The notes beneath the pieces are model-generated. The model had not been told where the DNA came from. It searched no databases and was given only the letters and a program-made list of their open reading frames with translations. Positions 27,401 through 40,400 of a stretch of 64,000 nt of DNA are shown in pieces; within the stretch, counting starts at the first letter, position 1, and the number at the start of each line of letters is the position of its first letter. Both the position numbers and the translations under genes were made by a program. Source of the DNA: Pecten maximus (Eukaryota); contig NC_047030.1 in assembly GCF_902652985.1 (NCBI RefSeq), positions 11,780,001 to 11,844,000 on the forward strand. Reading direction: 5' to 3'.

Positions 27401-28319
27401 CTAGAAATAAATCCATAAAAGTTTTGCATCAGAATACACTCAATCTATACTTGATTTGTTTATATATATATTGATTATACAAATAAATTCTTAACAAAAA
27501 AGGCAGATCAATTTGAATCCAGAACCTTCAAACTTGATACAGACACACTATTAGCAACTAAACTATCTAGCTGTTAGCTGACTGATACTATCAAAACAAA
27601 TCCTTTCTTTTTCTGTACTCAAACAGCCCTGAAGACAGCACCGTTCACAATCAAGGTACCCTTCTTAATTTTGAACCAATTGGACACTACTTCAAACAAA
27701 TCAACGGACATCACAGACAACATCAATCCCTCACACCAAGAACCAATAAACAATTTCAATCTATTAATAGTAACAGTGACCTGTATATGCCCCTAGATGC
27801 ATGGTTGAAGCAAATGTCATCCAAGAGCTGATAGTTGTAAGTACACATGCATGAAGTCTCAGGCCGTCAGATAATTAATGAAGTTGGTAGAGCGAGGAGT
27901 CATCGAAAATGTATGCATGACCTAAATTGTCAAAATAAGCAGATAAGAAGGATTGAATTGGTAATCTACATGTATTCCAACAGCTTGGAGAAGGAATCTA
28001 AAGCGGAGCATTAACTAACTTGGATAAGATCAAATGTTATCCAGAATAAGATGGATGTTGCAAGTAGCTCATTTATCTGGTCAGTTGCTGCAGTCAATCC
28101 ACATTTTCACCCCAAAACATCAGGTAATAATGATAATATATATATTAGTACAGTAATTAAATTCTGCTTGGCTCATTTGATATTATATTTGTCATTTGAT
28201 ACAGATATTTGTCAACTTTTAAAATTGTGAACTATGATATGTCAAAGATAAAATAATAGAAATTAAGGTTATATTTAAATCCAATGCGAAATACAATTCT
28301 TGTACTTCAAACATTTATT

Positions 28320-28423
28320 TATGGCGAGTTCCGGATTCGCCGAACCGTTCCGGTTTTAGTTTTAGAATTGTGCTTCCTCTTCAACATGTAATTACAGTAA
28401 CATTGTCCACGCCCGCAGTAGAA
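28320..28423. promoter_or_regulatory. Putative bidirectional promoter between C8orf33 (-) and the DUF885 gene (+)
   Basis: Locally CpG-rich; two TTCCGG (ETS-type) cores within 28329-28353; lies between divergent genes. Confidence 0.45.
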
Positions 28424-31400
28424 ATGGATTTTGAAATCAGTCCGTTGACTTACGCTAACAACGAGTAAGTAAACACAGACACAATTATGCATTTGAAGAA
28501 AATATAAGACAATTATTTGAAAATTTAACCAGTGGCGAGCAAATGAAGTGATGCTACGTGGCCTACTTTCGCTTTGTCAATGACCGGTACATCATAACCA
28601 TACTGTACGACTTGTAATATGACCGTTTGTACATAGTGTATCATCGTACTGGACGGGTTGATCTTACGATTGTTACTATAAAAGTTTTAACAACCGTATA
28701 TAATCCTGACATTTTATTTACATTACATCATGCCAACCCTCTTTATGCCAATTTGAAATGTTGTCATTGTGTAAACGTACCACTGGAGCACGTTGCAATT
28801 AAGTATTGGTATGTGATGGGTTACCGAATATTTTACTCGGAGTAAGCTTAAGACATCCATATAAACATGTATTTTAAAACATAGCAAACAATGATCATGA
28901 GTATCTGAGTTATTTTCAAGAATTATTTATAAACTATATAAGGATTCTATTTAACCCGAAAAGACAATATTTATAAAACAAAGGAAACTGTATAGCTGAT
29001 GTATGTGTGTAATAGGAAGTAGCAATGTAAAATACCCTGCCCATAACTGGGTATCAAACTAACCACCCCAAACTTTCCTCCCACTAGCCTGAGTTAATAA
29101 GGTGACCTCTATTTTCATATTTCACATGTGTATGACAAGGGTCATGTAAACTCAGAGCCAGGGATCAATCTACACTGTACATATGATAACGTATTGTAAT
29201 AGGAAGGAGTAATGAAAAATACCAAGCCTGCACTGGGGCTGGTACTAGCGACCTCCTAGCTACCACTAGGTTAAAGTGAAATTCATGCTAGTCTGAACTA
29301 GTAAGGTGGCCTTTTACTCTCTACTTATACATGAATAAGGAGGAATGATCCCAATACAGAATTTCGTCCAGAAATTTATTCCTCGAGTTGTTTACATGTT
29401 TCATGTTTCGACTAGAAGGTAGTCGTCATCAGAACTCCTTACTCATTACCTGGAGTTTTATGTGAGACCTCTGGTATCTTTTAGGATCCACGGCAGTTTT
29501 ATCAGGATCAGTACCAAACTCAACTTATAGGGACGTTGTGTCTCCACCCCCCTGTAGTGATCATTTCTACTTATACATGTATAATATAATCACACATACC
29601 TTTTAAGGTATTATAGGTAGGTAAGGCTATGTACAACCTATACTGTATCCATTCCCACATGGCAGCATGCGTGCTCCTCATCTGTGTCTACATAATGGTT
29701 ACTTAGTTACACAAATTATAAAGCTGTTGTAAAACATTTTGTTACTAAGGTTTCGCCCAGAAGATAAAGTAGTCACCAGACTATTTGAGGAGGTATGGAG
29801 TTGGAGACTGAAGACCAGTCCAGAATTTGCTTCCTATTGTGGTGTCCATGATTATGACGACAAGTTAGATGATATTGGACTTGAGGCATTTCAGGAATGG
29901 AAGGTAAATATAGCTGATGTTATAATTTCTGCTCTACGTTCCTCCACTTGTACTTGAATTATTTGTCAAAGGACTCAGTTAGCCACAATGTTGGAAATGT
30001 TTTTAATGGTAATTTGGTATGTAACTACTTAACCAAAATTAAATGTCAATTAAGAGAACAAGTGCGAACTATACTGTACTGGTAGCTGTGGTAGGTACAG
30101 CATATAGATTTATTTTATTCTCATGTTCAATTTCAAACCTCTAAATCAGAGTAATTATATTCCATGTCGTATGGGTAATTGTTCGTACAATTATCAATGG
30201 TCCGCAGATTGTGTAATTGTATGCATATGCTAAAACATTCTGAGTAATTCATGTTTAACAAATAATTGATTATGATTTTCCGTGTAATTACGAACACTAG
30301 TGAACATAACTTGTTTTATACCCTACAGACCACAGTTGATTTTCTGTGTAATTACGAACACTATAACATAACTGGTTTTATACCATACAGACCACAGTTG
30401 ATTTTCTGTGTAATTAAGAACACTATAACATAACTGGTTTTATACCCTACAGACCACAGTTGAGGAGTTCCTGGAGAGATCCAAGGAAATCAACACTGAG
30501 ATGATCAGTGAAGGTGCTAAACTTGACCTGGCGCTTCTCCAGGAGGAATTCAAAACCTTCCTGTCAGCCTGCAAGTTTAAGGGGTAACAATCCAACTTGG
30601 GATTCTTCTGTATGACTTTTGCAAGAGTATTACTTTGTCATATAAATCACAGTGTATCATTTTTGAGCATAACATAATCAGATGTCAGATTGTTCAAATC
30701 AACCTTCGTCCTTACTACTTAGTTACAAATGTAGTTATTTAGTTCTAAATGGCCCATCAACACTGTAAAGGTCATTAGGGCCAAAAAATGGAGAGTAAAA
30801 ATTATGGGTCAAATAGACAAAAGATTAAACCTTCATCCTTAAGTGTTTCTGCCAGGATACAGAAGTTCGAACATTAATAAAATAACCAAGAGGTTATAAA
30901 AGAAACCAAAAAAGTAAGATACTCAGGATATCAGAGAGATGAATTTATGTTCACTTTTTGGGACTCATAAATTAAAATTCCACATGTATATTCAGAATAT
31001 TGTTTCCAGAAGAAAGTATGAATTCTTAAAGGGGCATTCCTTTTCAATTTATTCCATTATTTATATTGACTTAAACAGTACATTTGTTCCACTTGTATGC
31101 TCATTTAGGTGGTGCTTCCCAATAACATTCCAAGATGGTGTTCACAATGATGTACATCTACTTCTGAGCTTTTCAAAGTTTGAGAAAGAATCTGACTACA
31201 GAGTCTACATAGAACGATTAAAGTGTTACCCTAGACAGGTGAGTTTATAATATACATGTATATAGCTCTTAAGGTTCATGCATACTGTGAGGTATCAAAA
31301 CGTGGGGTAATGGAACCACCCGATCCTAAACTTGCAGTATTGGCTATGCTATTATTCTTCAAAATGTTTTACTCACTGATCTGTAAAATGACCATAAGTT

Positions 31401-34400
31401 TGTACTTACTTACCAGTATAGGAAGACCTCTGTACTTGATAACCTTTGTTTCACTTAACTGTACCAAGTCACCTATTTCAAAGACCTAGTGTACTGATGA
31501 CCTGTATTTCACTGACCTAGTGTACCAGGTGACTTCTATTTCATTGACCTGTACCAGGTGACCTCTATTTCATTAACCTGTACTAGATCACCTCTATTTC
31601 ATTGACCTGCACTAGATGACTACTATTTCATTGATCTGTGAATGGTGACCTCTATTACATTGACTGATTTACAGATCTAGTGCGACTTCTATTTCACTGC
31701 CCTTGTGTACCAGGTGACCTCTATTTCATTGACCTGTGCATGGTGACATGTACTTGGTAACTTTCACTTTTCATTAACTATAGTAATTTACAGCAATAGT
31801 GAAATGTGTTATATCAACTTATACCACAAATGTCATCAGTTTTGTTACTGTAGCAGGACCTCGGCCTATACCATTTCACGTTTTATCTCCCTGACAATCT
31901 GTTCTGAACTCCCTGACCATCTGTTCTGAACTCCCTGACCATCTGTTCTGTACTCCCTGACCATCTGTTCTGTACTCCCTGACCATCTGCTCTGTACTCC
32001 CTGACCATCTGCTCTGTACTCCCTGACCATCTGTTCTGTACTCCCTGACCATCTGCTCTGTACTCCCTGACCATCTGTTCTGTACTCCCTGACCATCTGC
32101 TCTGTACTCCCTGACCATCTGTAGTGTACTCCCTGACCATCTGTTCTGTACTCCCTGACCATCTGTTCTGTACTCCCTAACCATCTGTTCTGTACTCCCT
32201 GATCATCTGTTCTGTACTCCCTGACCATCTGTTCTGTACTCCCTGACCATTGTACTTTAACATTTTCAGATTTCACAAGTGAGAGAGATGTGTGAAGAGG
32301 GAATGAAGACAGGTTACATGACTCACATGGTTTCTATGGTGAGTATTATTTAATTTTTTGACAATGAAGACATGCTATGTGAATCACATGGCCTCCATGG
32401 TGAGTATTATTTCATTTTCTATGTGATACCCAGTAAACCACACATTTAAAATCTCACTACATACTGGAATAGTCAGATGTAAGCTTGTCAAGCTTAAATA
32501 ATGCTGGTAATGTCCAAGACTAGTAATATGTAAGGAGGTCTAGGTTGTTTGAAAGAGTTTAACTGGCAGTGTGAAAAATATTATCTTACGCCACATGTAT
32601 GGGGCATATTTTCATATAAATGTCTTAATTATCTTCTCCAGAATGAAGTACCAGACCAGATCAATATTCTGACAAATGGTGGAAAGCTAGATACTAAAGC
32701 ATCAACTTTTTTGTCACCGTTCGGAAAGGAAGTGCATGGTATTTCTCCAGAGAAAATGTAAGTGTAGAACCTTAACATAACACATATAATATCAACGACA
32801 TAGTCGATTTACCGCCAAGGAAGCCAAGTCACTGGCATGATACCTCGCTGACTGTCAGATATTTACGTAACTTAAGAGGCGATACTGTATTTGACCTAAT
32901 AGCGGCACCTGCCCCATAAGCACACCCACACCTTTTTTTTTTTCAGGAAAAGAGGATGGTGCGTTATTTGCAACTTAAAAATGCCCTGACCTCACTGATC
33001 TTTTAATATCTTCTGTTAATCTGTCAATCTCCAGTTTTTTAACCAAAGACTCTGGATTGTTTTTGCTTCATATAGATATGTACATGGCAATGAAAGAAAT
33101 AACAATTTTCTCTACCCAGATTTCACTAGGAACATTTTTCCTGTACATGATTCTGTACCCCTATAGTGAAATCAACACCTATCGACTAACTTGTTAAAAA
33201 TTGACAGGGCTTTTTCTAACTGGTTTGGAAAGGGGCCTTTCTTGTCTCATTTTGGGAAGAAAATTGATGAATTGGAAAAAGATTTTTCAGGTGTAAACAG
33301 CAAACTTTGGGAATTTGGCTTAATTATGAAATAATTTCAATTGGGAATAGGGCCCATTAATGGCCCCAAAATGCTCTCAGAAAAAGCACTGATTGATAAT
33401 GCCCAAAAATTTGAATCTGCTAAAATAGTTCTCTTACAGTATTATACTTTCCCTTCTGGATGATAAACAAAACAAGATAATTTGTCAGTATCAGGAATTT
33501 CTGATCATATCTATAATAATTATACTTGTAATTTATGTCTTCAGGGAAGAGCTGGAGAAGGAAGCTATATCTGTATTAGAGGATAAAGTCATCCCTGCCT
33601 TTATAGACCTTCGGGATTATCTCTTGTCTGTAAGTACAGTCAAACCTGTCATATGTGACCTTCCAAGGGAGGCAAGAAAAAGGTCATGTGACGGGTGGTC
33701 TCTTAATCCAGAATAAGATACTTTGTGATACAAACTGTAGCTATAGGTCTTACACAACTAATTCAGCCAATCAGTGAAAGTGCAGAAAACATTTCTTGCT
33801 GAGGGTTTTACCTATTTTCTCGTGTTGTTAACATATACCGGTAAAATAGGAACTTTTTGTGAGCATAAAGAGTAAAGTCCTCAGTTTGAAAAACAAAAAA
33901 TAAATTGCTACTGAAAATAGAATGGAGTAGGACTACAGGTGTAAATAGCTGAGGATTTCCCAAGTGGGGTTTCTCTTCCACTGTAAACATCATGGTTACC
34001 ATGCATCTTTTGAGTACTGAGGAAACTTATATTCCTCCTGGTTTCACTGGTATGGGACTAATAATCAGTTGTATGAGACCCTTACCTACACTCCTGTTAA
34101 TGTGAGATATTTTCTGTATCTACAGGTATATATGAAGAGAACAAGACCCTGTATTGGGGTGTGTACTCTACCTAATGGACCCAAATATTACCAACAGTGT
34201 CTGAATTTTCACACGTCAACAAATCTGACACCAGCAGAGGTTCACAACCTTGGTTTACAGGAGGTTGAGAGAATTTCAAAAGCGATGCAGAAAATATCAA
34301 TGGAAGAAGGATTTGGTTCAAACATCCAGCGCTTCATGAAACACATAAAAAACAACAAGGAATTTTACTATCAAACCAAGGTAACGCTTAACAACTTTTT

Positions 34401-37400
34401 TCAGCTGAAATGGTTTTTTAACAAAGTGAATAAAGTCTGCGGAATTGAATTTACTATTGTTTGGCTGTTCCCAGTAGTGGAACTGAACATGTTTATGGTA
34501 CAACATCCTCCAAATAAACTCTATAACAAAGGGATACCCCTAGTCAAATGTCTGTATTCTAAACTTTATTTCTTTACATGATAAACAATCCTAACTGGCC
34601 ACCTTTAAACCTCCGTTCTCTTCAATTCAGACTTATATTGTTTTACCAATCACTCGTGAAAGTCACCACAGTGGAAGTCACCACAATCCATATGCATTCA
34701 AACTCCTCTAAACATCTACACAAATACTCCTCCTGCTCCACAACTATAACCCAATGGAATCTTCTCCCTCAGTTTTTCGTTTCTATCAACACTGGTGATG
34801 CCTTCAAATCAACTACAGTGCCCTGTCTCTCACAAGTTTAAGTAAATTACTTTTATCATATAGCAAAATAACTAACAAAAAGAACTTTTGCTTTTAACCA
34901 ATTCCTAGTGATGAATCATCAGCATTGTAAATAGTATAGTATACAGAAGACAGAATCTCTGTATATGTATAATACAGATAAATTAAATTTTGTTAGTAGT
35001 GGAATTATTATTAGAATAGAGTCTATGTCTTTATTATTTACATCAATGGTGTTTTCTTCTCTTAATTCAGGAAGATCTGTTGTCTGGAATTAAAGACATC
35101 TGTACAAATAAAATCAGACCCAAACTCTCAAAGCTGTTCAAGACAATCCCAGATGTAGATATGACGTAAGTTTCATTTATGTTGTATGTATCGAATTTCT
35201 AACAGAATGCTTGGTCGTCATGTTATATATCTAGAACAATACCCTAGGTCATCACTAAAATGTTTGTTTTCCATTATGATTTATTCCATAACTGCTCTAT
35301 GTTGCAAACATTATGATGTCTTTGTTATGAGAGAAACAAAATATCTGACTCTGCAAGATAATTGATATGATATGAATACTCGGCCTCTATCGTACAAGGT
35401 GACAGCAGATATCCTTTTAAGTCGATGATTGTTAGAGTGTCCAACAGACTTTTTGTGGTGTAAAAGTGTGGGAATATTATTTTAGGATCAAAGCATCGCC
35501 TAGTGCTATGAGTTCAGCTCCTGTGGGATATTACATGGCGGGTACCATGGATGGATCTCGACCAGGAATTTACTATGTCAACACTGCTCATGTCACAGAC
35601 ACGTAAGTCACGTCACACATACTTAAGTCATATTGGAGACATGAAAGTCACGTCACACATACTTAAGTCATAACGGAGACATGTATGTAACATCACACAT
35701 ACTTAAGTCATATTGGAGACATGAAAGTCACGTCACACATACCTAAGTCATAACGGAGACATGAAAGTCACGTCACACATACTTAAGTCATATTGGAGAC
35801 ATGAAAGTCATGTCATACATACCTAAGTCATATCAGAGACATGTAAGTCATGTCATACATACCTAAGTCATATTGGAGACATGAAAGTCATGTCATACAT
35901 ACCTAAGTCATATCAGAGACATGTAAGTCATGTCATACATACTTAAGTCAAATCGGAGACATGTAAGTCATGTCATACATACCTAAGTCATATCAGAGAC
36001 ATGTAAGTCACGTCACACATACCTAAGTCATATCAGAGACATGTAAGTCACGTCATACATACCTAAGTCATATCAGAGACATGTAAGTCACGTCATACAT
36101 ACCTAAGTCATATCAGAGACATGTAAGTCATGTCATACATACCTAAGTCATATCAGAGACATGTAAGTCATGTCATACATACCTAAGTCATATCAGAGAC
36201 ATGTAAGTCATGTCACACATACCTAAGTCATATCAGAGACATGTAAGTCATGTCATACATACCTAAGTCATATCAGAGACATGTAAGTCATGTCATACAT
36301 ACCTAAGTCATATCAGAGACATGTAAGTCATGTCATACATACCTAAGTCATATCAGAGACATGTTAGTCATGTCATACATACCTAAGTCATATCAGAGAC
36401 ATGTAAGTCATGTCATACATACCTAAGACATATCAGAGACATGTAAGTCATGTCATACATACCTAAGTCATATCAAAGATACGTACATCACATCACAGAT
36501 ACCTAAGATATATCGGAGACACGTACTATGTCATATTTACTTGTGAAGATATTGAGTTTTAATTGCACCCAGAGCTGATTATACATATGTTATTCAGGTA
36601 ATATTAATAGAAAAATATACAAGATGGGCAAGTGTTTAGAAAAATTAAAACAAATACACAAATGTTATTTTAGATATTAAGGTCTGATTTAATACATAAT
36701 GATGTAATTTAGTAACCAAGCATGATTATGTTTTTTCACTTTCAGGCCAAAATATGAGTTAATGGCGCTAAGTCTCCATGAGGGTGAACCTGGTCACCAC
36801 CTACAGGTGAGAATGGGTACTACTATACAGGTTGTACAGGTAATCTGATTAAAATCGTGTGTCCATGGCCACATTACTCTACTGTTACACCTGAACATCT
36901 GAAGGTACAGCGATCACGGTTATGTTCACATGACCAGTGAGATTTACCAATCAATGTGTCGCCTATAAGCAAAATTACAGGTGTAATAACAAAGTCCTGA
37001 ACAAGTGATTTTAATCAGACTGGGTGAACTGATGTCATTAGACTTTGTATTACATTATCAATTAGAGTCCAGTTCTAGAAAGCTGTATTATATAAGCATT
37101 AGTAAGGTAATTTTACGAGGTGCATACCATGGATGAGTTATGCAGGTCATTTAAGCCTCTTGTTTGAGGTATCAGAATCAATATTACATGGACAAGTGCT
37201 GCAGGCCTATCAGGCCTCTTGTTTGAGTGATCAGGTTCTGTTTAAACTGGAGAAAGATGTGGGCCCTTTAAGCCTTGTTTGAGAAATCAAGTTCTGTATA
37301 GGATGGGTTGGTAATGCAGGCCCTTTATGCCTCTTATTTGAGGGATCAGATTCCGTTTAACATGGGTGAGTGATGTGGGCCATTTAGGCCTCTTGTTTGA

Positions 37401-40400
37401 GAAATCAAGTTCTGTATAAGATTGGTTGGTAATGCAGGCCCTTAGGTTTCTTGTTTGAGGGATCAGATTTGTTTCTGTATAAGATGGGTTGGTCATGCAG
37501 GCCCTTTAGGCCTCTTGTTTGAGGGATCAGATTTGTTTGAGGGATCAGATGCTGTATACCATGTGTGAGTGATGTAGGCCCTTTAGTAATATGTAAAACA
37601 TTCATTCTATGTATATGATCTGTTGCCTTACAGAGTATGTATGCTATACAGCAGAAGGGAGTACCAACCTTTCGTCAGTACATAGAGGATATGAAGTATT
37701 CCCGAGCCCCCACCAGATTCTCCCTCCAGACTGCTTACATTGAGGTAACTTACACACCAAACACATTCAATTTAGATATCTGTATTTAAATTAGAGATAT
37801 CTGTGTCTAAATTAGAGATATGTGTCTGAATTTGAGATGGATGTGATTAAAATAGAGATATTTGTGATATCTGTATTTAACTCTAGATATCTCTATCTTC
37901 AGTACAGAATTTTTTCATTTTGATTTAAATATCTCTATTTATTTAATGAACAGCGATATCTCTATTTAAAATACAGAGGTTTGTTATTTTGATTCAAATA
38001 TCTATTTATCTAATATACAGATATACATGTATATCTATTTATCTAATATGCAGAGAACATCTTGAGCTTACCCCATCTACTCCTTTGTGTAGAGGGTATT
38101 GGACATGTTATGTAGGTAGATGTACAGTTAACCAGTCATTGTACAGTTTTAACAGATATACATACCACTCATCTTATATGAGATTAAACCTTGTACTAGG
38201 GAAATGGATCACTATTCTATACCATTGTCTCCACAGGGCTGGGGACTTTACTGTGAGGCGTTGGGAGAGGAGCTTGGACTATACAGTACAAATTATGAAC
38301 TGTAAGTATTTATCCAAACACCATCAGTGCTTAGGTTCAGGCCCCTGTTATCAATATCAAATGCTGTATTTTCTTTAACAAACCCTGTTAAATAGAGGCA
38401 GGTAAATAAGGAAATTATCATTTTGTCTCTATATGGGCATCCATTCCCTGTAAAGTTTGAGTACAAGATATCACACCTTATGTATGTCGTCATCCAGTTT
38501 CACACCTGGATAGATTTTGGCAGTCATCTGTCAAGGTCAAAGGTTGTACTTGACCACTACTGATATAAATTAGATATAGTTCTAAGAGGAGTACAGATGA
38601 TACCCCTATTTCCACTTTTTACTGTCATAAAAAGGACCACAACCACTTGCATGATACTGTTTTAATCCTAAAAGAATGAACTTCGGGAACTTAAAGGTCA
38701 AAATATAGACTACAGTGACCTACGTATACCTGCGGTATGTGACATTCGCACCTTATCTTCACACAAAAATCTTGATGATGGGATTAAAAATAATGGATAT
38801 TTTGCCTTATAAAGGTGAAAGGTCAAAATATTGTTTTCAGTGATCTACTTCCGGTTCTTGATATGTCATCTTTCCAAGATCTTAGTTCAATAGAATCTGT
38901 ACAGTAAAGATTTTTCATAATCAGGATGCAGTGACCTAATTCTGGTATGCAACACATTGTCATCCAAATATGTACCCACACTCAAATCTTCAAACTGAAA
39001 TAATGGAATGGAGTTGAGCAGCAGGATATGCACTGCAATGCTATATTTCTCTCTTTTTATAAAAACAACGAAATAGAAAGCTGTGGTACAAGATGTATCA
39101 TAATATCCCTCAACATATTTAATTCATATTTATACCCCCGCAACGAAGTTAGTGGGGTATACTGGAATCAGGTTGTCCGTCCGTCCGTCTGTCTGTAGAA
39201 ACATTTGTCCGGACAACTCCTCCTAAACCGATGGGCTGATTCCAATGAAACTTCACACAAATATTAATGATCATGTGTAGATGTGCATGCCACTTTCTTT
39301 TTCTTAAAATTATGGTTGCTATGGCAACTGGTCACTATAAACAGGTTTTCCAATAAGAACCATAACTTTAAGTTTGTCCAGACAACTCCTAAACCAAAGG
39401 GCCGATTTCAATGAAACTTCACACAAATATAGAGGACCATGTGTAGATGTGCATGCCACTTTCTTTTTCTTAAAAGTATGGTTGCTATGGCAACTGGTCA
39501 CTATATCACTGGGTTATCTTAGTTAACCTCTATTTCCAGTTCCAACCGTTCCAATTCACCACTGACTCATGCAGATTGCGGGGGTATTAGTCAGCCATCC
39601 TGGTGACAGTTCTAGTCACACCATAGTATCACTTTCCATATCTAAAAATGACTATTTTGACTCCTGATAAATTGTATCATCACATTTGTATACAGGTTTG
39701 GCAGATACACCTTTGAAATCCTGCGGGCTGCTCGTTTGGTGGTGGATACAGGGCTACATGCGATGGGGTACGTATGTCTATCTCACCTGTCTTTTTACCT
39801 GTGTGACAATAGCCTGTTTATCTCACCTGTCTTTTTACCTGTGTGACAATAGCCTTATTCGTGAAGTCATTGAAATTTGTGTGCATGTGACGTCAAACAT
39901 TGTACAGGTATGACAGACAGGATTATATTTAGGAACAAATCTTTGGTAGCATATGATGTGCTGTAAAGTTGGTAATATTTGAAGATTCAGGTTCACTATA
40001 CATGTATTTATGGTCATAACGCAAACTCAAAAATAAATATATGTATCCAGTGGATTTTTATACAGTGAATCATTGAAATGTGCATCTATTTACTGAAGTG
40101 GTGGTCAGTTTAGACTGCAAGTAAATTATAGTGAACACCTCAGCCAGGTCATCATGATTGAAAAGGTAAAGTAGGAAATAGAAGTTAAGGCCACATCCAC
40201 CAGGTATTTAAATTGCTCTTCATCCATGGTCTGTCCATTTCTTGAGAAAAATTTGAAGGATTTTTCTTAAAATTTATATATTAGTTCAATTTCGATCAGG
40301 AAACACAATGGCTGACAGGTGGTCATCTTTGTTAGCAATATTTTTCACTTTCCAGAAAGTTTGGATACTTCTTAGAATTCATATATGTATATGCAAATTC

